This document shows positions 36,620-49,080 of a stretch of DNA of 64,000 nucleotides, one piece after another (within the stretch, counting starts at the first letter, position 1; each line of letters starts with the position of its first letter). The stretch spans positions 2,142,244-2,206,243 of the forward strand of contig MU058252.1 in assembly GCA_013265495.1 (NCBI GenBank), in the 5' to 3' direction. The DNA comes from Vicugna vicugna. Its lineage: Eukaryota. The notes below the pieces were generated by a model. It was not told the DNA's origin. It made no database searches and saw only the letters and a program-made list of their open reading frames with translations. The position numbers and the translations under genes are program-made.

Positions 36620-37735
36620 CATTGAAAACAAAGTCTCCCAACCTAGAAATCCTCTCCACCAGGTAGGAGAGAAAGAAAACACTCTTAGTCTTTAAGCAAG
36701 CGTTCAGCCAAACGCGATGCACAGCGCAAGCGATCCACCAAGGGAAAATGCAAACCAGAAGGGAGCTCACCCCTTAGATGGCCAAGCAGGTGAGGCCCCT
36801 TCCATACTTTTTCTTTTTATTGAAGTAGAGTCGATATACAATGTTGTGGTAATTTCTGGTGTACAGCAAGTGATTTAGTTTTATATGTGTGTGTGTGTGT
36901 AGAGATACATATATCTCTACACACACACACACATATATTCCTTTTCATATTCTTTTCATTATAGGCTGTTACAAGGTATTGAATACAGTTCCCTGTGTTC
37001 TACAGTAGGTCCTTGTTGTTTGTCTATTTTATATGGAGTAGCATCTACAAATCCCAAAGTCCCAGTTTATCCCTCCCCTCCCCCTTTGCCCCCTGGTAAC
37101 CATAAGTTTGTTTCCAATGTCTGTAAGTCTGGACCTGGAGATCATCATTCTAAGTGAAGTAAACCAGAAAGAGAAAGAGAAATACCATATGATGTCACTT
37201 ATGTGTGGAATCTAAAGAAGGATACAAATGAATTTATTTACAAAACACGCACAGGCACCATACGTGTTTTTCTGCTAAGCAGTGACTAGTCCTCAGGTAA
37301 AAGGCCTTGCGGCACCACTGGTGGACGTAGCTCACCCCAGTGTCACCTGGGTATTGGGCGACCATCCGTGTCAGCTTAGTGGCTGCATCCGGAGGGCAAG
37401 CAAACTCGTGTCTTTATGACGGGAGGGAGCTTTGCATATCGGACGGAGCAAGGGGTCCACCAGTTAATGTTCAGGTCCCGCCCCTTCGGGAACTGGGAGG
37501 TGGGGGCGCCCCCCCCCCATGCTGGCATTTTACAGAGATGGCTCCCAGGTCCTGGGAAAGGCGTCCTGGGAAGAAGCTGACAAAAGGCCTCTCTAGTCTT
37601 CAAAAGGGTACATTTCAAAGAGAAGAGAAAGTGCTTACAGTGACGAGTTCTCTAAGATAAACGCTTTAAGAAAAAGGAGAGGAGGGACTTTTCCCCCCCT
37701 TATTTTTAACCAGGAGAATCAGCCTCTCATTTGTC
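36620..37735. mobile_element. ERV1-class LTR (MER67/MER89-like) interrupted by a 5'-inverted L1
   Basis: LTR-like sequence resumes after the CCATAC duplication; homologous to 34905-35335. Confidence 0.55.
36808..37257 (-). mobile_element. Young L1 3' end with 5' inversion
   Basis: Antisense L1 tail to ~37130, then a sense segment 'ggacctggagatcatcattctaagtgaagtaaaccag...'; TSD CCATAC at 36802-36807 and 37258-37263. Confidence 0.85.
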
Positions 37736-39205
37736 ACTTGTATTTGTCTTTGGAGTCAGAACATTCCAGTGAGAAACCTGGACAGCAGCCAGCAAAGCCC
37801 CAGACCCCACCGGCAGTGAGCGGACGGGGGCTGAGCGCCGGAGATGTCAGTGCAATTTTAGGCAAAAGTGGGGCTCCGGTGACTGCCAGGGAGCCCAGTG
37901 CCTGATGGAACCATCCCCTCTTCCAAGAATTTAGGAGCAAGAAACACACGCAGCCGCGGACCTGCAGCAGGGTCCTGCCTGCCGTGGGCTGGCAGCGGCA
38001 GGGTCTTGGTGCCGTGGGTGGGGGTGCAAGGCTGTCTGGGGTTCAGGCAAGGGAGGCTGCCGAGGTGCACCAGCCTTACTTCTGAAAGTGCTTGTTTTTT
38101 CAGTGCTTGGCACGTGGTCAGCAGTGAGGTAGGCACCTTGCAGGCGACATGCCACCAAACTCTCCAAACGGCCCTCCATTTATCAAATGAGCCTCCGAGA
38201 TATTCACTCGGAAATTTGCCTGCGGTCCCCTGGGTAGAAGGGAGAAATCCAGGCTCATCCAACTGAGAGTGTGGGGCTCACTCTGGAGTCTTCAGAGAAG
38301 GGATCAAGCTTTCCCAGGCAAAGAGGAAACTCAGCAACACAAAATACTAATTAATTAATATAAAATGAATTTAAAAATTCACTCAGTGAGGCCACATGAA
38401 GGGCATTTGGAAGTTTATCCAGCAATTCAGTTTGTTGGCTCCAACAAGACCTTGACTCTTCACTTTATCTTCTTACTTTCATTACATCATCATTTGCTGA
38501 TTTACTTGTTCAGTTTAGGTTCCACGATGAAGGGTGTGTGTGACTGTGAATTACGCCCGGTACGTGATGCTCTTCCTGGATCACGGGAGTTCGCCCGCTG
38601 TGCCCTGCCTGCTGCTTAGGCCGGGGAGAGCTTTGGTTAGCGGGGCTTCCTGCTGCTTTTAGAAGTTGTCCTTCACCGGATCCGTGACAAGCGAAGGGTT
38701 CCCGGTGTACAAAGGCAGGTGGGCAGAAATCTTGCTAAGCAGGGAACGAAAATGCTGTTGCTCCTGGACCTTGTTTCTCATCTACCTTCTTTCAGTTCCT
38801 TACCCCTGGGGTCGTCTGCCTATTCCCAGCATCCTCCTCAGTGTAGAGTAGGGCAGGGGAGGGGGTAAAATTGACCTCCTCTGATGCTAATGAGCTCATC
38901 AGCAGGCTGGCGGTGCAGCAGCGGGACGTGGTGGCGGCGGTGTGCCTGCGGATCTCACTGACCCTGATCACCTCTCACGTGCTTGGTGGGTGACGGGCAC
39001 ATGCTCACATCTAGCGAGTGTCTCCTAGGCAGGCGTCATGCGAGTTACCAAGGGGATCCTTCAGTGAAAAATACAGTCCTGCCTTTCCCTCTTAGGGCTT
39101 CCGTTCTAGTGGCCGAAGTAACATGTAACTGAGTACACAGCTAATGATCTAATTACAAGTCTGATGCATTCTGCCAAAAATGTAGATTGACGTTCCTTTC
39201 TTTCC

Positions 39206-39306
39206 CATATATGTAAAAAACTCAATCACTATGCTGTACACCAGAAACTAACACAACATTGTAAACCAGCTACACTTCAGTTAGAAAAAAAAAAGGAAAA
39301 AAAAAA
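39206..39306 (+). mobile_element. Short L1 3' end with poly-A
   Basis: 'tcactatgctgtacaccagaaactaacacaacattgtaaaccagctacacttcag' followed by an A tail. Confidence 0.8.
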
Positions 39307-40209
39307 GTAAATTGAGATTCTTAATGTTCCAGCATAGGCATTGCAGCCCAGGTTTGGATGATTTTACAAATAAGAAAGGGGTTTTGAAGCTGGTATCTGT
39401 GTGAGAGGCACGCTAGATGAGAAAGATGGTTCTCCCAAATTGCCAATCCAAGGCAAAATTAAAATGTTGTAATTACAAATATTTCCTAAAGGGGATTAAA
39501 TGACTGTTTCATGGCAATTTGCTGTTACAGCAAGGAGCTTAGAAAGAGAAGAAGTTGGGCGCCTGTATTTGTGAGTGTAGTGAGCGAACTCTAAGATACG
39601 CAGCTGAGGAGAGGCGTGGAGACTCATTTGACGCAGCGCACAGATGGGCTTCTAAGCTGTCAGGAAACAGGGAAGTACCTGCAAGGAGTGACACGTGAGC
39701 AGAACCAGTTTGGAGAAGCGGAGATTGAATTGCAATGTGATCCTGGAACCAAATGCCAGAGCACTCAGAGCGGATAATAGTGAATCTGTGGAAAGAAAAG
39801 CTGTAGTGAGGCTTGGGTGGGGACCTCACCATTCACAAAGCTGAGACAAAAAATAAACGGAGAAGTTGAATAGAAGGGTTATACACGTATTTTTGTTTAT
39901 AAATGGGATATGTCTTAAGAGCATTAAAGGACCCTCAAACCCAACTTTTATGAAGAAATATGCATCCAAGTAGAAGAAAAAGACTGCCTGCTTCTCTTAA
40001 ATGAGTATCAAATCTCATGAGCTAATGTTTATGAGCTAAGCATTCTGATGCCTTCTGTGCTGATTGAATCACAGCTGGATTTTTCAGTTTGGAGTACTTA
40101 AATAAAGATGAACAAAGTGCACACATCCAGAAGAGACCCATCACGATCATGACAGGTGAGACGTCATGTTGGCAAAAGAAAGTTGAAGTGAATGGTGTTT
40201 AACCTGGAC

Positions 40210-40621
40210 GTGATGATTAATTTTATGTGCCAACTTGACTGAGCCACTGTGCCCAGTATTTGGGCAGACATTATTCTGGATGTTTCTGTGAGGGTGATTT
40301 TGGATGAAATCAATATTTAAGTTAGTGGACTTTGAGGAGGGCAGACTGCCCTCCATAGTGCAGGTGAGCCTTACACAATCAGTTGAAGGCCTTGACAGAA
40401 CAGAAGGCGCACCTGCCCTGAGCAGGAGGAATTTTGCAGCAGACGGCCATTAGACTTGAACCCCAACATGGGCCCCTTCCTGGGTCTCCCTCCTTCTGAC
40501 CCACCCTGGAGATCTTTTTGGACCTGCCAGCCTCCATAATTGAGTGACCAATTAAAAAAATCTCTTTCTATATATGTGCACATCTGTCAGGTCTGTTTTT
40601 TTCCAGAATGCTGACTGATGC
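40210..40621. mobile_element. MLT2 (ERVL) solo LTR
   Basis: 'tgatgattaattttatgtgccaacttgactgagccac...acattattctggatgtttctgtgagggtg...caatcagttgaaggccttga'; same family as 15397-15802. Confidence 0.8.
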
Positions 40622-41051
40622 CTAGGAGAGCAGAGATGCGGGGTGGGGGGCATGACAGCTGCTCATACATTTCTGGGGGTCTTTCGGGGAAATAGGCTCA
40701 GATTTATTTTGTGTGATTTTTGAGATTCAGACCCTAGGGTTGAAATTAGAGGCTGGCAATGTTTCACTTAATAGAAGGAAGACAACAAAAATTGACACAT
40801 TGATCTAAAATTTTGTTTGAATATGCATTGACATGTCAGATGGCATCATTCAGAACATTCCGCTGTTTATAAAGTTAGGGGATAACCAGCTGCACGAGGT
40901 ATTGTAGAAAGGACTGAGTGTCCATTAGGAGTTGGAATTGTAAAGGATGCTGAAGTTGCCAGTCCAACAGTCTGCATTTCTGGTAACACACATTGGGAGG
41001 TGCTGAGAAACATTTGTTGGCTTCAGAAAGGATGACACGGCGGAGTAGGGT

Positions 41052-41207
41052 GGGGGAAGGGTATAGCTCAGTGGTAAAGGGCATGCTTAGCATGCATGAG
41101 ATCCTGGGTTCAGTCCCCAGTACTTCCATTAAAAGATAAAATACATAAAATAAAAAACCTAATTACCTACCCCCTACTCCCCCAAAAAAAGGAAAAAAAA
41201 AAGAAAA
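41052..41207 (+). mobile_element. Vic-1-type (camelid) tRNA-derived SINE
   Basis: 'gggggaagggtatagctcagtggtaaagggcatgcttagcatgcatgagatcctgggttcagtccccagtacttcc...aaacctaattacc' followed by an A tail. Confidence 0.85.
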
Positions 41208-42368
41208 TAGGTCAAAGAAATTTTTTAAGGGATGAAACAATAGACACTAAAAAGCTGAAGTGTATAGTTATGGATTTTAAATGGAAAATTCAGACCACTA
41301 TATTGTATGAAATTGTTAAGCACAGCTAGGGAAGAGCAAAATGCTGGAAATAGTGACAGATTCAGGTTCCAGTTATTTTAACACTACTGAGTATAGATAT
41401 GGATAGAAAAATGCGGATAGCACAGTGTCAGTAAAGGTCTGTTTCCTTTACAGGGAGTGGGAATCAGACACGATTTTTGTGTGACTGCAGTCACACAGTG
41501 AGGGAGCGGAGCTTGCTACTGAGAGACTCCATTTGATACAGCTCTTTTTCTAAGAGCGTTGTGTGTATTTTTTAAAGCAATTCAGTACATTTCAAATGAA
41601 CTGAAAAGCAGCCCATCTTCAAGGATTTCAGTGTAGGATTCCATCTGCCCACTGTCTTAAACTAAATGGTTAAGTTGTTCACTTTTTTTTTTTATTTTGC
41701 CCATGAAAATAGGAATGGTCACACATTGAATTTACTCTAAAAGGATTATATATGTGCTGGTGAAAAGCATAAAGAAATGCATTGTTTTCATTCACTGGGG
41801 ACTGGCATTTGGTCGGAGTGTTGCTTTACTTTTCTTCCCGAGTGGTTTATGGACACATCTTAGATGGTCACAGGTCTTGAAAGGACCTGGTGAGGTTCTG
41901 CCTCTGGGTAGGAGAACAGGTGCTCAGTCACCTCTGAGAGCTCCTGCAGGAAGTCAGGTCCGTGGTCGTGCGGGGATAGCCTCTGTGCCAAGGAGGGGGT
42001 CCCTGTGGTCATGACGGGGTGCCGCTCCCCATCCACCCATCCTCTCTGCTGAATTGTTCCCATCAGGGGGACAAACGTGCTCTTGTATTTTTCTGTCTTA
42101 AAAGACCAAAACAGCTTGAAACCATGGACCCCTCCAGCGATCAGTCCTTCCCTGGCAGGACTTAGTAATGATGCCCAAAAGTGGCTATTTCCACTCCTCT
42201 CACTCCCTCTCAGAACCTTCTCTGGTCAGGCTTCGGTCCTTGTTGCTCCAGGGAAGTCTTGCCCGTCAGCATCACGAGTGACCTTCCTGCAGCCAGACCC
42301 AAATGTCAGGTCCCACTCAGGTTCGCCCTGGGCAGCTCCCTACCCCCCAGGATGGGGTCCTCCTTTTT

Positions 42369-42583
42369 TTTTTTTGACATATTATATGTATTCTTTTTCA
42401 TTATGGGTTATTGCAAGATACTGAATGTAGTTCCCTGGGCTGTACAGTAGGACCTTGTTGTTTATCTATTTTACATATAGTAGTGTGTATCTGTTAATCC
42501 CAAACTCCTAATTTATGCCTCCCTCTCTCCCCCTTTCCCCTTTGGATGCAGCAAAAGCCATCCTAAGAGGAGAATTCATGGTG
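42369..42583 (-). mobile_element. Young L1 3' end with an inverted ORF2-derived 5' piece
   Basis: Antisense tail, then sense 'tggatgcagcaaaagccatcctaagaggagaattcatg' (DAAKAILRGEFM); TSD CCTCCTTTTT at 42359-42368 and 42584-42593. Confidence 0.8.
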
Positions 42584-42594
42584 CCTCCTTTTTG

Positions 42595-43690
42595 ACCCTT
42601 TTCTTATCTTGGCTTCTGGGTCGCGGCTCCCTCCATCTCAGACCTGCTCATGTTCATCTCCTGGCCTGACCATGCCCCCCTCCACCCCCGAGCTCAGGTG
42701 TCTGTCTTCTGCCCTTTCTAGGTGACCTCATCCAGGTCATGTGGATTTATGTTCTGAAGGTTCCCAGATTTACGTCTCAGCCTCCGAGCTCCGTTCTCTG
42801 TAGCGGACTCCTTCTCCCGTACCTAGTGGGCTTATGAAAACCAGCATAGCCAAAACAGAGCTCCTGACTCTCTCCTTCCAAACCTCCCTTTCCCTTAGGC
42901 TCCGTGAGCCTGACGGGATGATGGAAGCATCACTCACTCAGAGGTTCCAGCTCGAACACTCGGAATCACCCTTGGTTCCCCACTGCCTTCACGCGTCACA
43001 GCCAGTCACTCCATCAGCCCGCCGCTCGGGCTTCGGATGCCTCCTGAATCTGACAGCTTCTATTCTCAAGGACTCTCTCCTCAGGCGCCGCCACCATCCT
43101 CTCTTCCCTGGACCAGAAGTAGCATCCTGCCTGGCCTCCGCTTTGGTTCAGGCACAGACCATTTTCTTCATAGCCTCCAGAGTGACCTTTTTAGACACAG
43201 GTCAGGTTGCTTCCCTTAATAGCTTCTCACTCAGCTGGGATAAACCCATCTTCTCACCCCGGCACTGCCTGTTCGCTTCCGATCCCTGCTGCCTGCCCCT
43301 CCTTGACACCGCTCTAACCAGCTGGCCTCACTGGGGCCCCTGCAGCACGTCAGCCTTCTTCAGCCTCAGTTCCCTTCACATGCTCTCCCTCTGCTTGGGG
43401 TCTCTGCCCGAGATGTTGGCTCCCTCTTTCTGGGATGTCTCTTCCTCTAGGCCTTCACTCTAAAATCATTCTCCACTCTCCATCCCCGGCCCGATGTGAT
43501 GACTCCTGCGTAGTCCGGCACTAGCCAGGACCGGTGCTTTTCTTGAAACCATGTTGTCTAGGTACTGGCTGGATCGACTGCGGTGTTGTCACCACTGGGC
43601 TGGAGGCTCCTCAAGGAGGGTCTTGCCTTGTTCACGTTCTGCATCCCCAGAGCCTGGCATGTAGCTGAATGGGAGGCATTCATGTTTAGA
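42595..43690 (+). mobile_element. L2 fragment (3' part)
   Basis: 'ctaggtgacctcatccaggtcatg...gttcccagatttacgtctcagcc' and the 3' end 'gtcttgccttgttcacgttctgcatccccagagcctggcatgtag'. Confidence 0.7.
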
Positions 43691-43761
43691 CCAAACATGA
43701 TCATTTGAAAAAGCGTTTGGGTCTCTTTCTCTCTAGAGTTTGCAATTGAAAGGAGTTCAAG

Positions 43762-43763
<2 letters not shown>

Positions 43764-43792
<29 letters not shown>
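43764..43792. repeat. Poly-A tract
   Basis: About 29 consecutive A. Confidence 0.95.
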
Positions 43793-43795
<3 letters not shown>

Positions 43796-44174
43796 ACAAA
43801 CTGGTAATGAATTTGAACTGAGCGAGGGGAGAGCAGGCAGCAGGGTTGTTGGAAAGTCCTGTGGGGATTGTCATGGTGTAAACAAAATGATTCCTGTGTC
43901 AGTCCCTGCTCGCAGTGGCAACACTGTAACACGCAGAGGCATAAACTGAGGTCAAAAGAAGTTTCTTCTGCATGCGCGGGGCACGGAGAGAGACATGCAC
44001 GTCCTGCCACACTCCCGTCACCAGTGCAGGGTCGATGCTGCCGTAGCTGGCGCTGAGTAGTCTTCCGGCCGTGGCTCCTCTTCGGCTCGAGCACCACCGA
44101 GCACACTTTGCGCATCTGTTAGGCACTTACTGGGGCGACAGCACCCGCTCAGGGCTGGGCAGCCGGTACTGGGG

Positions 44175-44507
44175 CGAGTCCACAACCACCGGTCTGAGAG
44201 CCTGGGGTTCAGTCAGGATTCAGAACTTCCCAGAGTTTAAGAAACCAACCCAGCGCTTTTATTTTATATTAGGTGACACCCTCAGTGGTATCTGGGGCAC
44301 CACCCTGTAAATGAAACGATGACAATTTCTGCAAAAAAAAAAAAATATATATATATATATATATCTCCACACTAAGTGGGACAAATACAATGATCAATTA
44401 CTTCATAGTGGTCTGGTAAATTTTGCCAGTGAATGGGTTCAAGTCAGATAAGATTTTGGGGCCATTTGGTTTTAGAGAGTTTGATGGATTTTGAAATTGT
44501 GGCCTGT
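44175..44507. mobile_element. MER96B-like DNA transposon fossil with an internal A/(TA)n expansion
   Basis: 'ggattcagaacttc...gacaccctcagtggtatctggggcaccaccctgtaa...atttctgca..ccacactaagtgggacaaata' resembles MER96B as I recall it. Confidence 0.6.
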
Positions 44508-44999
44508 GTGGGCAGAAATCATTGCAAAGTCGACATACACACACACTCAAGTGACATGAATAGTGTCAGGGCGTCGGACGCAGGTGGGAGGTGGCTGGTG
44601 CCACTTGGAGGGGGGCCGTGAGGACCCAGAGAGCGAGGGCTTCAGGAGGGAGGTGTCCCTGCAGCTGCTCCCGGGCCCAGGGCTCCCACAAACAGCCGGG
44701 TCCTCCCGGCCGGGGCCCACACTCCCTTTCCGGTCTCATTTCGGCTGCCAAAGTAGCTCTTTGACTTTGGTGCTTAGAAGGATTTAGAGCTGCTAAAAAT
44801 GGCAGCATTTCCTACAGAGCTATTTGTAAGAAGAAAGCAATGGAGGTAGAGAAGTGGGTTGTTGAAAAGATTAGGGTGAACTTGAAAAAAATGAGGATTA
44901 AAATGAGGGCGAGCTTCTTCATATTGAAATTTCTCAAACTCTGTATTCACCACGCTGTTTTTCTTTCATTTTTCTTAAGGGGTAGAAAATTAACTTAAA

Positions 45000-45195
45000 A
45001 TTATATGTATATAAACACACATATATATAAATATACTTACATATAATATATAAATACATGTTAACTTATTTAATATAAATGCACTTATATAATATATAAA
45101 TACATTTTATATACTATACAAAATACATTTATATAGAACGTATACAACTACATGTATATATAATTATATGTTATATGTATATTATATATATGTAA
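45000..45195. repeat. AT-rich (TA)n low-complexity region
   Basis: Interrupted TATA/ATAT repeats. Confidence 0.9.
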
Positions 45196-46977
45196 ATTTT
45201 ACAGGAAAGGGCAGTTGAGCTTTTGAACTGTTGGCATTGTGTCCTCCATGTCACCTCTGTGGCTTCTGCATTAAGACCCTAGTGAGGTCCTTTACACTTA
45301 TTCTACCTTGAGAAAAACAGTAAACCTGTGGTGTAACCCGAAAAAAGGCGAGTGTAAACATCCCCAGCCTAGCTTTTGAACATCATGGTGTCTGTTGAAA
45401 CCCAGCTGTTCGGTTCCCTGGGAACCAGGGACTGGGGTCTCCTTCCCAGCAGTAACTTGGTTCATAAACATTTTCTGTGCGGAACTCTGGGAGTCGTAGT
45501 CCAATTTCTCATCTGCAAATAGGGTTCCATTTAAACCCTAAGGTTCTTCCCAGTTCTTAACATATCGGTTCTTTGATTTGATCTGGAATATATCAAAGTA
45601 ACTCTCAGATCAGAGCCATTGTTTCTTCACGTCTCTGTAAGCTGCCTTTCAGCGTCACAGCCTCAAAACTGAGATGCCTGCCAGGCAGAGGGTATCTGAT
45701 GTTGCTTCCCCGGACTATGAAAATACTTCTGTTGACCTTAATTTCTTTCTTTCTTTCTTTTTTTGTTTATGGAGTTTGAGATTTGCAAATGTTGACCTCA
45801 GTTTCTACCTGCCTGTAACTTCCAAGTCACTGGGCGGAGAGCTGTGGTTTGGACCCGCACCGCGTGGTCTTAGCCGTGCTCATTCGGTGCATATTCAGTA
45901 CCTGGGGATCCTATCGCGTCTCCCTTCTGCATCCTTTTTGCGAAGTACAGGCTGTGCAATGGGATCCTGGGGGCCACTGTTACGTTTTCTAGACCTTGGA
46001 AACACTTGAAACCTTTGCAGGGGAGCCCTTTATTATCGCCTGCCCGGGCATTAGTGCTCCAAACTGCAGAACACAGGGAGTGGTCCGGGTGGGGCCCTGT
46101 CTGAGGAACGAAGGGAAGGGCGTTCGGCCGGTTCTGGAGGCTCCTTGTTTGCAATGCGTGACCACAAAGTTCACATTTGAGAGGCATATACTAGAAGTAT
46201 GGGGTTTGTCATGAATGCCAAGGATCTGACCGCATATCTTATTTTCTGGACTAGCCAGAGGGAAAGCCTGCTTTCAGCGGTCACTGACAACGGACCGACT
46301 TACTGGCTAAGCCAGCCCCTGAGCCCAGGTACCCCCATGCCCTTCCCCTCACCTGCCAGCTGGATGGGTGTTAGGGTTGTTCCAGCAGGACGGAGCCCTC
46401 TCAAGTTTCAGGAGTACCTTCGACCCCAGGAAAAATTTTTCTGAACAGCTCTGTTGAGTTATAATTTGCACAGCATATTTCATTGTCCAAGTCAGTGAAT
46501 TTAGTCCATGTGCAGACTTACCCTGCCATCCTCAAATCGAATTTACAGTGTTTTCTTGACTCTAAAGGAAGCCTTATCTCATTTCACAGGCTTGTTGTGT
46601 GGATCTCGGCAAAGCCACCCATTCCTGCTCAGTGCAGATGAAGACGTGGAGGCTCGGGAGCCACCTTTGTTCTGAGGGCACAGGCTCAGCAGGGGCGGCA
46701 TTTGGGAAGGCTCTGCCGGTTCGCTGTCGGGCAGAAAGCAGCGTGCGACTGCGGAGTTATCATTTGGTTACTCTCTCCGTGCTTGGCCCTCTCGCTTCTC
46801 CCCCCGGCTCGTCAGTGATGGGGCCTGAACTCTTGCTTTTTCATTTATAAGTGAAAGTTTCACATTGTTTCTGATAGTGTCTAGGTAAAATTGCTAACAC
46901 TCCTTTTTCGTTTTCTTTCCCCTAGAGTTTATGTGACTTTGACTATATACTCCTATGTTATCTCCTTTTTAAAAACT

Positions 46978-47391
46978 TATTTTTTAATTGAAGGACAGTG
47001 GGTTTACAGTGTGGTGTTAATTTCTAGGGTACAGCATAGTGATTCAGATAGATAGATACATATTCCTTTTCCTATTCTTTTTCATTACAGGCTGTTACAA
47101 GGTATTCAGTATGGTTCCCTGTGCTGTGCAGCAGGACCCTGTTGTTTATCTATTTTTATATAGTATTTAGTATCTTCAAATCCCAAACTCCCAATTTATG
47201 CCTCTCCCAGACTGGTGACCATAAGTTTGTTTTCTGTGCCTGTGAGTCTGTTTCCGTTTCATAAATAAGTTCATTTGTCTCATTTTTTTAGATTCTATCT
47301 ATAAGTGAAATCATATGGTGTGTGCAGCAACATGGATGGACCTGGAGGTTGTCACACTAAATGCAGTAAGCCAGGCAGAGGAAGGAAAATA
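46978..47391 (-). mobile_element. Young L1 3' end with 5' inversion
   Basis: Antisense tail to ~47320, then sense 'gcagcaacatggatggacctggaggttgtcacactaaatgcagtaagccagg'. Confidence 0.8.
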
Positions 47392-47929
47392 ACTTTCAGT
47401 TTTAGTTAGTCAAGTGGTTGACCTGTCCAACAGCAGAGCCTCTTCTGTTTTACATACGTGCCCTCTTGGAGGGGTGGCATTTGTCCTTTAGCCTTACTGG
47501 TAAATGTGTTGAGGGAAAGCACAAAAATCGGGCTCAAAGCTTAAGTCGAGACCCCAGAATTTCGGTTCCACAGAATGCAGGAACCCACCCTCCCAGGTGT
47601 AACAGGAACCTGCCACGCGTACTCCAAGTGTGTCCAGAAAACTCCGTCGTGTAAGAGGTTGGAGAAAGTCAAGTTTGTGGCTGATTTTCTGGCATCCTTA
47701 GGGATGTCCAGGAACAGAGCCCCCCATGTGATGCCCCATCCCCCTTCCTGGCACTGAATGACTCTCCCACCTGTCTCACCTGTTGGACGTCAGCACGGCT
47801 GGACTCTCCTGGCAGCTGTTCGATTACGTGGCATCCTACTCTTCTTTGATTGGCCAAGAGTTTTAGCAGGTTTTTTTTTTTTAAAGAAATCCACTTCTTT
47901 CTGACACCAAAGTTAGGTACATGGAAACT

Positions 47930-48170
47930 GTGGGAAGGGATAAATTGGAAGTTGAGGTTTGCAGATACTAATCACTATCTATAAGATAGATGAACAGCAA
48001 GGTCCTACTGTAGAGCATAGGGAGCTATGTTCAATGTCTTGTAGTGACCCGTAATGAGAAAGAACATGGAAAAGAACATGTGTCTGTATGTGTGTGACTG
48101 AAACATTGTTCTGTACACCAGAAATTGACACATAGTAACTGACTATACTTTCATAATAATAATAAAAGAA
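47930..48170 (+). mobile_element. Young L1 3' end
   Basis: 'ggaagggataaattggaagttgaggtttgcagatactaa...caaggtcctactgtagagcatagggagctat...ctgtacaccagaaattgacac' followed by an AAT-rich tail. Confidence 0.85.
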
Positions 48171-48921
48171 GAATCAATCTTGAAGGTAGAGACCCAGTCT
48201 GTCTGGAGCACTTGGAAGAGGGTCAGTCCACGAGGGTAAAACCTAGGCGTGGGCTGAACACAGCTGAGCAAGGTCCCTGGGCACCGGTGCCAGGGACACA
48301 GCTGCGGGGTGTAGAGAACTGCTTCCAGCCGCCCGGAGCTGCTGATTGCTGTGCTGCGTGGTGTGTGGGGTCCCTGTGCTGCTTTCTGTGTTTTTGGTAA
48401 GAAGACAGTAAATAACAGTGTTTATAATGACAAGACAATAATATCCTGAGACGTGTCTTTAAAGGATTAATGCATCAGAATTTGAAAAAGCAGAATTAGT
48501 AAACATGAGTCGGCCTCTTCCCTGGGCTGGGAGCTGTCGCTCTCAGACAAATGGTTCCTCTGTTTATGGCTCAAAATAAACATGTTCTTGGAGCAAGTGG
48601 GGCCCGAGCCGCCTGCCACGTTCTCTTGCCTTGCACCTCTTCTCCGGTATTTTCAGATACCCATCAGGGTTAGGAGGCAGCCTTCCGCTCACACTGGCTC
48701 TTGCTTTCAAGGCAGTACAAAGGAACCAATGCATCTGCCTTTCACTCCATCAACATTATCACCACGTGACACACATGTGTGTGAGTGTGTATGTTCGTGT
48801 GTGAAAGGCAAATTTCTGGGGACGTTACACCCTTTGCGGTCTCCAGTGACGTGTTGTGCCATGACTCTTGTCTCTAAAGGAATGCACGGACGTGGCATCG
48901 CTGACTCTGCCCCAGCTGAGC

Positions 48922-49080
48922 CAGTGGTGCTGTTTTCAAACCGGAATATGCATCTGGATCATCTGAAGATCCCGCCAAAATGTGGATTCTGTTCAGTTGG
49001 CCTGGCGTGGGGCCTGGATGTCTGCATTTCTCACAAACCCCAGAGCAAGGCTGTGGCGGCGTCTTTGAGCTGCACTGGGA
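48922..49080. mobile_element. MER5-like hAT fossil
   Basis: 'ttttcaaaccggaatatgcatctggatcatctgaag...ggattctgttcagttggcctggcgtggggcctggatgtctgcatttctcacaa'. Confidence 0.65.

Noticed and set aside
41052..41130. tRNA-like sequence (also at 17925-18000)
   Set aside because: SINE head with SINE tail and A-rich end, not a tRNA gene.
42834..43463. 209-aa ORF
   Set aside because: Lies in a decayed L2; Ser/Leu/Pro-biased with no exon structure.
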